A stretch of 63,999 bases of DNA, counting the filler, from Asterionella formosa (Eukaryota): NCBI GenBank assembly GCA_002256025.1. It is 10 parts of 10 records of this genome, joined end to end, with 100 filler letters (N's around TTAATTAATTAA, not from the genome) between each part and the next. Parts side by side here need not be neighbours in the genome. Positions count along the whole stretch, not along the records: positions 1 to 18,387 come from NKIB01004055.1; 9 more parts are not named here. The stretch is one strand, 5' to 3'. The position numbers and the translations under genes were made by a program. Below, piece by piece: positions 1 through 12,410 of the stretch. Positions within the stretch are counted from its first letter, which is position 1. Every line of letters starts with the position of its first letter. Under the pieces are notes generated by a model. That model was not told the DNA's origin and did no database searches. It was given only the letters and a program-made list of their open reading frames with translations.

Positions 1-2
1 AT

Positions 3-818
3 GACTACACGACTATATTTGGAAAGGAACCAAAGAAAGCCTCAACGCCGGGATTCCCGGGAACGGTCCTAAGTAAGAACCGAGGAGAGACGATCAAGAA
101 TAAGGAATATCGCTCCCTCGTTGGAAAGATACTTTACTTCGTTAAGAAAATATCGCCAGTATGCGCCAACGCATGTCGTGAATTGTCACAGCACCTCGAC
201 AACCCAGGCGAAACGCACTGGCAAGCATTGGAACGCCTACTCGGGTATTTGTGTCTACATGCGGACATTGCATGCAGAATGAAACTACGTGCGCCCAACG
301 AGCTACGTATACAAGATGTCGTGGACAGCGCCTTCGCCTCTAATCCTGATACACGAAAAAGTGTCAGCGGTTATTTAGGCACGATCGGAGGGTGCGCCCT
401 AATTCACTGGATATCAAAAGGACAGGATATCGTAACGCAATCAAGCACCGAGTGTGAATATGTCGCACTCAGTAACGGCTCAAAGGAAACTGTCTTCGCA
501 ACGAATCTACTGGGCGAAATAACCACTATCGTGATGCCTACTCTAATGGGTGAGGACAATACCGGTGCGATTTATTTAACGAAAAATCATCAGGTCGGGG
601 CACGTACAAAACACATCGACGTTAGATACCACTATGTACGAGAACAAGTCGAAAACGGAACGATTAAGGTTGACTACGTCAATACGGAAAAGAATCCAGC
701 AGATGTTCTAACTAAAAATGTCACGGACAAGATTATGAACATGCACGGATATGCGATCCAAAACGGGATGATGGATTGTTGGAACAAGGAGAGTGTTAAA
801 GTGAGCTCATCTACGTAG
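3..818 (+). CDS. Ty1/copia pol C-terminus (end of RT + RNase H), 5'-truncated by window edge
   Basis: Open frame from nt 3 (DYTTIFGKEPKK...YRSLVGKILY) to TAG 816-818; copia RNase H motifs DSAFA..DTRKSVSGY, SSTECEYVA, EDNTGAI, RTKHIDVRYHYVRE, NPADVLTK. Confidence 0.95.
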   Translation, partial: DYTTIFGKEPKKASTPGFPGTVLSKNRGETIKNKEYRSLVGKILYFVKKISPVCANACRELSQHLDNPGETHWQALERLLGYLCLHADIACRMKLRAPNELRIQDVVDSAFASNPDTRKSVSGYLGTIGGCALIHWISKGQDIVTQSSTECEYVALSNGSKETVFATNLLGEITTIVMPTLMGEDNTGAIYLTKNHQVGARTKHIDVRYHYVREQVENGTIKVDYVNTEKNPADVLTKNVTDKIMNMHGYAIQNGMMDCWNKESVKVSSST

Positions 819-1214
819 TTAGGACTCGAAGTCAAACGAGTCAAACGATTCGAATGAGTCAACTTTGATGTACCAAGCTCTCATCAACCACACATTATAC
901 TTTGTTACTCCGACTATTATGAGCCGGACAATATAAGCTATTTCGGAAGACCGATAGTTTGAAATGAATGATCATGGTTAAATACCTATGATCAGTAAGT
1001 GTGAGATAGACATGGGTCTATCTATGATTGTATGTTCCTAGAAATGCAAACAGCATTTGGAGAATAGTTCGTTTGTTTTGTTCAAACAGAACAACCTAAA
1101 CTAGATTAGTAAACTCACAATAAGAATATAGAAACGGAAAGAGAAACGAACGTCTCTATCTATAGTCTTCTTTGTCTAACGATATAGATCTATACAAAAG
1201 GTAATACTTTAACA
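794..1214 (+). mobile_element. 3' LTR (421 bp) of the copia element
   Basis: Purine tract GGAACAAGGAGAG (781-793) directly followed by TGTTAAAGT (794); ends ACTTTAACA (1206-1214), a perfect 9-bp terminal inverted repeat with TG...CA ends. Confidence 0.88.
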
Positions 1215-2340
1215 TCCCTTTACTTCTCCTCGCTCCCAAGAACCTTCATTTCTTTTTCACAAATGTCCTGATTTTTGCAGAGCATTTTTAGTTTGCTTTT
1301 TCCACTGGTTTCGATTCCTTTTGCATTCAAATCAAGAAACAAGCAACTCATTGAGATTTCTGGAGGTTTTGGTCAGTGGCACCATAAAGCAACAATCAAC
1401 AGATCATGGCGGCTGTTCTACATTTTCTGTAGCGAGTGACATTCAAGAAGGGACTGGGATCATTGGGAAGAAAATTTAGTAGGATTCTCTGTTTGCCCCC
1501 GCCCGTTTGGCATCCATTCTACCATTGCTTCCTCTCAATCAATGCTAGCTAGTATAGCTAATGAAAACCGTAATTAGATGAAATGTGACTTCCGGTTTCT
1601 AATATTTTACATTGTTGCACTACTGAAACTTGAATCCATAAATGGGCATTCAACTTGTGCTTGCATTTTTGCAGTATAGACTGACTGGTGGGCGATAGGC
1701 CAAGCAAAGTGTCTTCGCTTTTCATGAACATCTACAAGGTACTAGTGCTTTTGTCGAGGTTTGTGTCTAAATCCAACTGCTGCCATCCATTGAAATATTC
1801 CAGATACATCAAAGAATACGCTCCTGTCTTTAAAGGTAAGGATGAACTAGAACGATGACAAAGAAAATATAATGAGACATGAAAATTACGAAACCAGAAT
1901 CACTCTGTTACTATAAATAGACAGTCTTATGCTTCTTTGTGCATATCGCCTGCTATGCTGCATTTCAATTCTAGATGTATTAGCTACGTTCTTGTTAGAG
2001 AGACGATGTTAAGGAGAAGTAGATTGTGCTGTCGTTCTATAATGGATGTTGTTTATCTATGATTGAGGTTGTAACACTGATTGATGCTCTGGTGACAGAC
2101 AGGCCGGAAATATTCGTCTTGTGTGATGAGCCATTTCGTTTTCATTGGATTTCTTTTCAAGCTCTTAACGGATTGCATAGTACGAACATACTGTGCAATG
2201 TAGATGATGATTCATCGAAGACATATGATGACTTGAACGAGAAATGAAGATTTTATCACAAACACTGCCTCGTTCCTCTCGAAAAGGCTGGTTTGTCGTT
2301 GTTGCAAGAATCAGACGAGTGAGGACTGGCGAGGATGATG
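1215..2340 (-). pseudogene. Possible degenerate non-LTR retrotransposon 3' region
   Basis: Broken minus-strand frames including CKILETGSH (~1590-1620), reminiscent of the C-x-x-ET-x-x-H zinc-finger region of LINE ORF2; heavily decayed. Confidence 0.3.
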
Positions 2341-2370
2341 AGCCAAACCACATAACTCTAACTGGAACAT

Positions 2371-2572
2371 GATCCTACCAAGAAATTTAAATAAAGGAAC
2401 CTAAAAGAAACAATACATATAATAATTAAATTTCCATAGTCAAAAGGGTTACTATTTAAATTACGAGGGCATTTATCAAAATTATTAGATGATATAACGA
2501 AAAATTATGATCAGATGATCATAATCCTATGATGCCGCATCATGGAAATATGATGGTTTTTATTTGCAGACG
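2371..2572. mobile_element. Right terminus of a DNA transposon family with CGTCTGCAAATAAAAA terminal inverted repeats
   Basis: ~200 bp closely similar to 52731-52910; ends ...TTTTTATTTGCAGACG, the reverse complement of the left ends at 46307, 49146 and 57440. Confidence 0.75.
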
Positions 2573-2579
2573 TTAGCAA

Positions 2580-3990
2580 TGCCACTAGTAGCCATTATGC
2601 TCTTATCGGTGCAAATCGGAGAGGAGGGTTGGTGTGGGTGGCCGAGCTCATATGAAAATATGTGTTTCAAATGGCATAAGCCTCTTTTCCATTATTAAAA
2701 TAACGCGGCAAGCGAGCTTGGCCTCCACAGCATTGGATAAGACATTCTTGAAATTTTGACAGTGGACATATATGGCATCATTAGTAGCTAATTGGAGGCG
2801 CAGGAGCGGTACTCCTAGTAGCACTGGCTGGGAGCGAGGAGAGGAGGGATGCAAGGGTGATTCATAACATTACTAGGAAGCATCGCTCTCAACATCATGT
2901 AACACTTTTTTTCCGCGATATAGCGTGTGTTGCCTCAGGGTTGGTGGCACAATAATTTAAAAGTTGTGTAATGGCTACTATTAAGGTGGCAATAGTAGGT
3001 TTGGCTTGTTGAGTAGCTAGAGTACCAATAGCAGATGATAACATGGTACTGCTTTCAACAGCATGTGCATACTAGTAAACTAATGTGCCACAGACTTCCT
3101 GAACATGTTTCTATTCGGTTAGATAAGTCAAGGACAGGGGAACAGCCATCAGGAACAACAAGTTGTTGTCATGCCCCGCCCATAAACAGGCGGAGTCCAT
3201 GCATGTGGGGCATTTGGGGGGCTGGCGGTTTTGGGGTGTTCGAAATGTTTGAGGGCGCGGGAAATGTAGCCAGGCATGGTGAGATTGAAATTCTGATTTT
3301 TGGCGTAATGATCACATGCAAGAGTGAATCCAATGTATCGAGTACCTGTCCAATCAGTTGTTGTGAGACGATTTTTTGCGGATTGTGATAAGTAGATGTT
3401 CACATCATTAGCTACGTTGGGTGTAACAGACAAGAAAAGCATCAGCCATGGTGAGGGTTAATATCAAATCGCTTGTCAAATCCTTCCATAAGCAAACCGG
3501 GTGTGACTGGACACAGGATGTAGCCATGTGGCAGTAGAAACTGCTCAAGTTGTTCACTGACTAATTTACCAGCTTGTGTAAGACCATCCATGCCACGGCG
3601 GATTTCCGAATGAACATGGCCATCAGAAGAAGTGTTAGTCCCGCCCGGCATATGATGATCATTGAAAATCGAATTTGCTTGCCGGGGTGAGGGGCACACT
3701 CATTGGTGAGACAGAAGCAGGGGCTAAAATGGGTAGCAGAGAGAGTAGGCGGGATGGAGTTGTTGGGGATCAGATGGACCAGATTGAGGTGAAAATCCGG
3801 GGTACTGGGCGGCCAGCCTCAGTGGTTATGTGGCAGGGGTGTAGTATCATGTGTGGGCAAAGTTGTTGTTGGGGCCGGTGTTATATTAGCCAAAAGAAGG
3901 TCTAACAGCTGTTGACGAGCGAAGGGACGCTTTATGGGTAGCTGGTAAAGGAGCAACTGGGCATTGGGATGTGGGGTGGTCGTATTGTAC
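2580..3990 (-). pseudogene. Degenerate Ty1/copia (CoDi-like) RT relic
   Basis: Minus-strand fragments EIRRGMDGLTQAGKLVSEQLEQFLLPHGY..CPVTPGL and DWTGTRYIGFTL...LTMPGYISRALKHFEH, typical of diatom copia RT; frameshifted. Confidence 0.75.
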
Positions 3991-4439
3991 TAAGACATGT
4001 ATAAAATCCTGGATGATGGTCGCAATTAGGTCAGCTGAAAATTCCTAGACAGGACCACTTGAAGCATTAAAAACTATGCAATAGGAATTAATCAAAACTA
4101 TGCAAGATACTTTCACGGAATACCAGAATGCTCAGGTTGATTCGTCAACAAAAGTTCAGACTTTGCTTGTATGGAACCGAAACAAAGAACGAAATTCACC
4201 AGACGCAAATTATCTCAAATGTTCGAAATGATGAAGCAACAACCTTTTCATTCAGGAATGCATCCCTTAACATTTTTTCAACCACTTATCAGACTCACAC
4301 TGACAAAGCAAGTTATGTGCGCAAGCGATCATCAGCGAGTCTTGCTCTTTTCAAGTTTCTTCCCAGCGCAGACCCTGCTACTAGCTAGAGGATCATCAAG
4401 GGTTCACCAAATGAGGCAAACAAATACAATTATTAACTT

Positions 4440-7090
4440 AAACGACAGATCACCAAATTCAATCATGGAAACCAACAATAGGAACAAAAAACCCGATGGA
4501 GCATGGGCATGAGGAGCGATGAGGATGAAGCCAGCAAAGGCAAAGAAGAGGAGGATGTTTCCAATACACCAGCCAGGCTTCACTTAATGGAGGGAATTGC
4601 CGGAAGAGCTACATGAAGATGACATTCGACTAGTGTTTCAAAACGTGAATGCTATTACGACTTTTTTGACTACTACATGCACGCTGAAATTCAAATCAAT
4701 AACATGCATTTGAGTGGCCACTTAACTGGGATGAGTGAAACCAAGAACGTTAATTGGAGAAAATTTTACTTTTTGTGACAAGTGCGATATACAGAAATGA
4801 GTTTTATCATGCATCATGCATCATGCATCATGTACGCAAGGGTCCGAGGCGGTGATATTGCAACGAGGAGGCAGGCATAAGCATGATGTACTTGTCCCCG
4901 CCATGATTTGTTTTCTACATATTTCTTGGAATAAGAAGGATCAGATCAAGAATTGGGTAGATGGACTTGGATGCGTTCTAAAGCAAATGATGAAACAAGA
5001 AGAAGCTAACAGAATCGACCATCACCAGATCAGTACCAGTGCTAATCTACGTGCAGACAGAAAAGAAGAGATCACGTAAAAAACGTACGATATGGTTGGC
5101 CTCCGGAGCTAGCCTCTGTAGGAAAGGAAGTTACCTTCTTCTGGAGAAATTGTTTGTAAGCGATGTCATAAGGCATTAGACTGCAATCGCTTTATACATA
5201 GCTATTCCACAGCAGACACACCAGGCAGAGGCAGCAATATGGCCTGACAACCTCTGATCCCGACAATATGACACTCACATGAAGCAAACTCAAGGATGCA
5301 TGGTTCAAGTTGAACATACTAGCTAGTCAAAGACAATCTCACCATTCAAGATCTCTTCGAAAACAATATCTGGATAAAAGGGTCGAAGAGGAGAGGAGAT
5401 CTCGGGGGAGCAAACGAAAACTGGAAAAGTTACAGGCACTTTTCGCTGAATATAGGAAAAAGATGTTATGGCCGAGATTAAGTAGATACGCAAAAGGAGA
5501 AATCCTCACTAGCCTGAATAGAATTGAGAAACCAACATAGTATGATGAGGTGCTGGGGGGAGAAATCACAGCATTTCAAACCACTACAGACTTCTCAAAT
5601 GCAGGCAGGATATGGCACAGTTCGCTCTGGCTGGGACAAACTGCTATATACCACAGGCGAGGGAGTTTTGGATTTAGAGAAATTTTGTTGATGCTAGTAG
5701 TAGTTTGAATTGGAAGAATCACCAAGATGAATAATCAGTATTGAGCAAAGATGACGAGACAAAAGATGAAACAATTTTTACTTCCAAGCATGATTACTAT
5801 AGTACCACTTTCACGAAGAATATAATACAAATGGACGTTAAAGAAGGGCCACAAAATCTAGGGGTAATGTTCTCGTCTCCATCCAGGCAGAAGGTAGCTA
5901 GTAGTAACAATCAAGAAGAATACAAGAAATTGATACAGTGTGGTGGTAGAAAAATGCATCAGAATATTTCGGCATCCAAATTACAACGCCATGAAGTCCT
6001 CATTGGCTACTATGCCAGGCTTCGACCGGCAATGAAATACCCTTGCGCTCATCAACTTTCAGCTTTCAACAGTGTCAACAAATAGACCGATCTTAAATGC
6101 CAACTTCACTAACGCGCATGGGTTTCAAAAAATGACAAAACGCCTCCTGTTTTTTGGAACACCAAGCCTGCTGGGAGCTTAGTACGGTCTCAACGATACT
6201 TACACAGACCAATGAATGGCGCAATTAAAATTTTTTTGGGTCACCTTAGCCAAGACGACAAACCCTCCCAGTTCATACGTCATATTATAGCTACTTGAGA
6301 ATTGCTTGCAACTGCAGATTGGAGGAATACGCAGAAAACCCTTTCATTTCAACATTGCGTACCCCTTGAAATACATTGAAGCAAACTGGTTGACATATTT
6401 GTGGAAATTTATAAACCATACTATCAATGGAAAGATACTCAAACATTGAGGGGGAGGCATGGGAATTACAACCACAGCGGACAAATGATGACAGATGCAT
6501 CATGGATATAAGAGTGAACATTTAAATTTGCAACTCAAAGAATTAAAGCAATTGAATGCATATCGATTATTTTTACAGGTAATAACCATTGTTGCAGATA
6601 CTAATCACAGATGGGTCGGGTACCAAGATTATTGTCGATTATTTACAGGATCGGCGATTTCTTGATTGCACCGGCACTCTGGCTGGAAGGACTAAACAGA
6701 AACGTCCTTCTCCCTACTAGAAAGTTAGCATGGAAGTTATGGAGGCTATTGCTTATATGGTGCTTACTATGTGCTTCTAATGAACCATGTTAGTATAAAC
6801 TTCGAGACCAAGTGGTTTCTTGGTTTCCTCAAGTTTTCAAACATCAGGAATGGAGTTTCTATTTGGATGGCTGGCTGGGATCAACATGAATTTAATCAGC
6901 CAGCCAGATGAACAAAGGAAGGTACATTTTTGGTAGAATGGCAACAATGCCAGTCAGCATGAGAGCACCACTCTCATACCTACAGTGTTAGCTACTTTTA
7001 CCCAGCCTCAATGATACTTAATTCCAGTTTCCATTCATATAACAAAGATAACAGGTTCTCCCCAGATCGGTGAAGTTCCTCAATTTTTTG
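4440..7090 (+). pseudogene. Degenerate non-LTR retrotransposon (Ambal/L1-like) relic
   Basis: APE endonuclease start DIRLVFQNVNA at ~4621; post-RT motifs NLGVMFSSP and LRPAMKYP (ORF 5741-6085); many stops and deletions. Confidence 0.65.
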
Positions 7091-8075
7091 ACACAATAGG
7101 TGCTTACTCGTGAGGCTATTACTACCTGTACAATGTGTTCCAATCACCATGATGTTTTCACCATTATTCTTACCCCACTTTGGCTTGAATATCCATCACA
7201 TCTTTGCGTTTCTGGGAAGTCCTGGCCGGTAACTTCTTACACAGGAAGCAATTTAAGATCACAACACATTCTGGCAGTCTCCAGATATGTTTTCTTTCGC
7301 CCGCATTGTCCATCTAAACCTTCAGCAACACCGAGAATTAGACCAACTGGAACTTTCAAATTCTTAAGGATAAATTCATTGCCACCAAAATTGAAAATGT
7401 GTTTGAATCTACTACCAGCTTGTTGGACACTCTTGACCTTGTCAAGAATCACACCAACAAGGAAGGCGTGATAACCGGATTACTTTTGATCAGGGATCAG
7501 GGGTTAGGCAATCAATCTCAGATAGACTTGATGAGGTCAGCTTTGGGATCAATCCGATTGGCTGCCATTCATTTACCTTATTTCTTACTAGCTAGATTGG
7601 TAGTAAATATACCAAGTGACATTAGGTTACTAGGACAGACTACATTGGTGTCTACTTTCCTTTTTCGACCATGTGGCTGTGTCTAATCAATAAAGAACAT
7701 GAGTGCTGAAACAAGGAAGTCATTGGAGTGGCTGTGTACATAAGTATCCATGGGCATCAATCCACCGGCTGCCAGCCAGTGGTGTGAAATTCGAATCTGA
7801 CACTGGGCGGTGGGCGGTTGTTGGTTGTGGTGCTTTACACGGATTGGCAAAATCATATGATGGCACATTCTGTGGTGACATTCCACCCAGTGTTGGATTT
7901 TTCAAGACACTCTTAACCTCCTGCCTGAGCCAAGAAGTCAAAACATATACAACATCAATTCATCTCCCATCACGCAATACAGCTTTTTTCACCTGGGGAG
8001 GAGCTATTTCATTCATATCAAATCGGTTTTGAAATACTTTCAGAGCGAATACTAGTGGTCAAAATATCATGAATC
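7090..8075 (-). mobile_element. Internally deleted Plavaka/CMC-type transposase relic
   Basis: LKVPVGLILGVAEGLDGQCGRKKTYLETARMC; nucleotide similarity to 62940-63010 and 63790-63999. Confidence 0.75.
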
Positions 8076-8164
8076 CAGCTTCTTGAGCTGTGCTTTAGAG
8101 CAAAGTTCATTATTAGATCATACATACTACAACTACCGGTACATATTATTCTGCTATATATATA

Positions 8165-10402
8165 GGAAAAAGATAGATCGTCCCCCTCTTTTATATAAAC
8201 CCATAAGCCCTACTAGCCTACATAGTAGCTAGTCTTCGTATAAACCACCAATACTTTCTTGCCACACGAATCTTAGTTGGCTCCTTGACAACACTGCCGT
8301 GCTACAGAAACGCATGCACATCATTATGTTCGAATTGACTCTGATGCCTCAACCAAAGCTTTCAAAACCTATTGGGGACAATACAGAGGAGGGAGATGTA
8401 ATTTTTTCCCACGTAAATCTAATGGATCAAGTCACATTTGATTCTTGGGAAAAATGCATTGAAACTGTTACCAAGTATTATAAGGATATGGACGTGTTTT
8501 TGAAGTTGTACAAAGGCAGTGACAGTAGTAGACGAATTATCTTCGGATGCTATCATGGAGGAGTCTATGATAACCGCCTTGATCTGACTGATGCAACTCG
8601 GCAAATAAAAACCAGCTCGGTATTTGGCAGCAAGAAGATTGACAGAGGTGGAGAAAGCGATTGTCCGAGATATGGCCAAAGCTGGGGTGGCAGCTCACAA
8701 ATCCAGACTCACTTGAAGTTCACAACAGGCAACCAACTAACAAAAGCAAGAGAAATTTCGAATGAGAAGGCAGCTGCCAGGAAAAAAATTCTCAATGGGA
8801 GAGGGGGGGGGGGGNNNNNNNNAAAAAAACCCCGCCGCGCCCACCCCCCCCCCCCCCCCCCAATACAAGCACTCTATGATTTCATTTCGTCTGGTGGATA
8901 TACTTGTTAAGTGAAACTAGTAGGCGATAATGGCAATTGGAAAGCATTCTTTTCTCGAAGGACAGCATGCTGGCTGGCTTTCTCATGCAGGTACAAATAT
9001 GTGTTTATGATGGGGGATTGTACCTACAAGACAAATCGATTTGGGATGCCATTACTGAACATTGTTGGGATCACTTCCACCTTCAAAACATTCAATACTA
9101 GTTTTGCTTTTTTGTCTGCCGAAAAAGAAGAAGATTACCAATGGGCTCTTGAAGCATTTGGGTCAATTGTTGAGCCTAAACTCCTAATCACAGCAGACCG
9201 AGAGCTTGCGCTCATGAATGCCATTAATAGTGTTTTCCCAAATTGCATACATTTGCTATGCATTTGGCATATCAACACCAATATTTTCACAAACACAATG
9301 AAAGATAAATGGGACTCTGAGGAAAGATTCAAAAACTTTATGACTTCGAGCATAATTGGCAGGTCTTCCAGGATAAGTACAGCTCTATTGCAAAACATTC
9401 ATCAAATTATATTGCCAGAACTTGGATTCCTTTAAAGGAAATTGTTTGTGTCATGTTGGGCAGACAAAAAACTCCATCTTGGGGCAGTTACCACTTCTAG
9501 AATTGAAGGCAACCATTATGTTTTTGAAGAAGAAGTATCTCAAACACATCAATAATGACTTGCTGCCTTACTATGTCTATTCAAAAGATGGACACAATGC
9601 TTTCAAATCCAGTGGTCAGTGTAATTAGAAAGCGTGGACGTCCTCCAGGCTCTAAGAACCGTGCTAATCAACGAGATAAGTCAAGATTTGAATATGTCAG
9701 AAGGAAAATCAATGTGGTAATTGTGGAGTGAATGGGCACAATTCACGTACCTGTCCCAAATGAATCCATTAGTAAATCATATCATATGTAGTCAATAATG
9801 GTCATTGGCTCTCAGCCATTTAAAGTCATTGTTCTTTGTTTTGGTGGATCCTCCAATAGAATCACCACCCGGCTAAGTCGTTGCTGAAGATGATTGTAGT
9901 CCATGCTTGCTGGCTGGTTCCTTGGTATCCTCTTTGTGTGGTGGTCTGACAAATACAAAGTTATCCATTCATGTAGTATCAACAACAACTGTTTCTTTTG
10001 TTTGGCTCAAATTCTGGATGTATAGTTGGCCTAATGACTGCTGGAGATACAAGCGCCACGCATGGCATGGAAATTGCTGGGTTGTTGTGCTGTTGACTTT
10101 GCGTCTTGCCATCGCCTGTGATGTGAAGCAAGTCAGCTGCCAGCGCTTTCGTCAGATGAGATTGACCCACCAGCAGTATGTGTAAATCATTAGGAGAAAT
10201 ACTTTCTGCTCGGAAAATATTTCTGCTGTCAGTTCCATCATGTTTGCAAGTGTCATCATGGAGGGGTTGGAGTCAACTAAGATTCGTGTGGCAAAAAAGT
10301 ATTGGTGCTTTATACGAAGACTATGTAGGCTAGTAGGGTTTAAGGGTTTATCTAAAAGAGGGGGACGAAATATCGATTTAGGGGGATGAAATATCTTTTT
10401 CC
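8165..10402 (+). mobile_element. Mutator-like element (MULE) with TIRs and disrupted transposase
   Basis: TIRs GGAAAAAGATA...TACTAGCCTACATAGT (8165-8226) / ACTATGTAGGCTAGTA...TATCTTTTTCC (10320-10402); MULE domain DCTYKTNRFGMPL, TADRELAL, LLCIWHI (8911-9435); AT-hook KRGRPPGSKN (~9630) and zinc knuckle CGNCGVNGHNSRTC (~9713-9755). Confidence 0.9.
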
Positions 10403-10566
10403 AATTTATAAATACTGTCAATTTCCGTTTTGACATTCCTCAGACTACATCTAGTCTTCGGACACCTGTCGACATCAACAGCCTAACAGACACATGCTGA
10501 CACTGGCTGTGTGTTGGCTGGGACAAGGGTACCGGTACCTGGTACCAGTATCAGGTACTCCGACTT

Positions 10567-10796
10567 CCAGCTGTAGGAAAACAACCAATATTCCTGAAAC
10601 TAAAGATTTAGCCATTTTTATCCTAGATTAAAATGTTTATTTAAGCAAAATGACCGAAGCTTGGAGGTAGTATGGTACCCGTATACCCGGTCCCTGGAAG
10701 TTGCGGTCATTTTGCTTGCTTGAATGAACAATGCGGCATAATTAAAGATAGCTAAATCTTTATATAGGAAAGCAATGTTTTACCGCAACTTGCTGG
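10567..10796. mobile_element. Two oppositely oriented copies of a ~100-bp MITE (10567-10667 minus; 10693-10796 plus)
   Basis: Unit CCTGGAAGTTGCGGTCATTTTGC...AAAGATAGCTAAA...ACCGCAACTTGCTGG with its own TIRs; TA follows the ends at 10667 and 10796; third copy at 26724-26819. Confidence 0.75.
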
Positions 10797-11149
10797 TACC
10801 TGGTACCACCCGGTAGTCTAAACAGTGATTTTTGTACCAACGTACGTAGGTCCTCGCGAACTCGTCACCTTTATTTCTGCAGGAGTATCAGCCATGTATG
10901 TTACTCTTGCGGCACATCATAAAAATCTCATCCAATACCGTTGAACCTCCCCAAACAAGATCGAATCGAATTCTATATTTAGAAATTTCAAAATGAAACC
11001 TTTTAGGGCAGGAGCACCAGCACGCTTTGCACATGTTCCTATTCCGACTCATCGTAAGTCACGCGGAAATAGACAGGATTAGTAACCTTCTTGTCGTCCA
11101 TTTTCAGACCGATATCAAACGTTCTTTGTCCAAGGACTGCGCAACAAAA

Positions 11150-11800
11150 TGGTACCTGGTGCCCAGGCACGGTAGCTAGGACTGCGTCGTTGTTGATTGC
11201 GGTGCTCCATTCCCCACAACCACTCCAGGGTGTACCTGGTACTCACCATTACGAAGTACCTGGTACCGGGACCTATCGCCTAGTAGTAGAGGGGTCCCTG
11301 GTACCGGAGTTCCAGCTACCAGTACTCCGTACCAGGGTACCGTACCTAATATACCTAGACAAAGAAAGTTTTACTAAGTAATTGGGACATGGGCACGGAA
11401 TCGTACTGGTAAACGTACGAACCAGTATCAGGTACTGGTGCCAGTTAATGAGTTTGCGTATCGGTAGGGTTTTTCTCTCCTGATAGCCTCGTGTTCAGGG
11501 TTACCGAAACCAAACACCGCCGATGTCGTTTGGTTGTGGTCGTTTTGGTCCTCCGCTAGCAACGCCCTTGGAGTGCGTACCTGGTATCTGGACTGTACCG
11601 GTACCGGTATATCACAATGCAATGACAGTACGGTACCAGTACTCTGCATCCATACCGGTACTGGTTGTATGCACGGGAAGAAACCTACCGGTACCAGATC
11701 CGACCAGGTACCTGGTACCAGGTACCATTACTGAAACATCCATTGAAGGGAAATACGCAGCAGTCAGTACCGGTAATCAAGCGCAGCTACCGGTACTAGG
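11150..11800. repeat. TA-CCWGG / TA-CCGG (GGTACC-rich) array upstream of the 12411 gene
   Basis: Dense GGTACC/ACCGGT/TACTGGTA words, e.g. CCAGGTACCTGGTACCAGGTACC at 11704-11726. Confidence 0.85.
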
Positions 11801-12410
11801 TATATTCCTCTTGAAACCATGGGGGTCACGATTACACCAACTAACGGTAAAATAAAAAGGAATGTTCCCCAAATATTTTGTTTCATGTGTGTATGAAGAT
11901 ATATATACGATTCAATGCTCTGTTCAAAATCGTTGATCATCCGATCACTCTATTGGATAGTATGGGACAACAATTTGGTCATAACCGCCATAGCCAACTG
12001 TTAACACGACAGAATTTTAAATTTAAAATATTGAGTACCGTCATTCTTGCAAATGATATGATAACGCATGATTATCCAGCGTTTCTATTGGTTCCCATTC
12101 TTGTAGAGTGAAGAAAAATTCCCCGATTTTCAGCAGATTATCGCTTTACCAGACTCTTTTCTCGTTACGTCGAGGTTGAATATTTTGTTTACCTATAGGC
12201 GCACCGGACTGCCTGTGAGTAGAGAAATACGTATACTCTTGTTCGTGCTTCGGTGGATTATACATACGGTGTATGTATAATCATACCCCTTGCCAATCTC
12301 CTTCTACCGGTATACTCCAAAAATACTAGGTATACACGGATCGCTTCGGAACCAACATCTTCCCAAGATCACATAATTTATAATCAGCAACAAGAGAGAG
12401 TCCATTCATC

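Noticed and set aside
8798..8862. G-run / N / C-run that could suggest a G-quadruplex or hairpin
   Set aside because: Flanks an N gap; typical low-quality read ends.
11091..11855. ORFs rich in VPGT/YQV/GTW words (also 26523-26750, 30047-30871, 32360-32936)
   Set aside because: Translation of the stop-poor GGTACC arrays; no domain signal.
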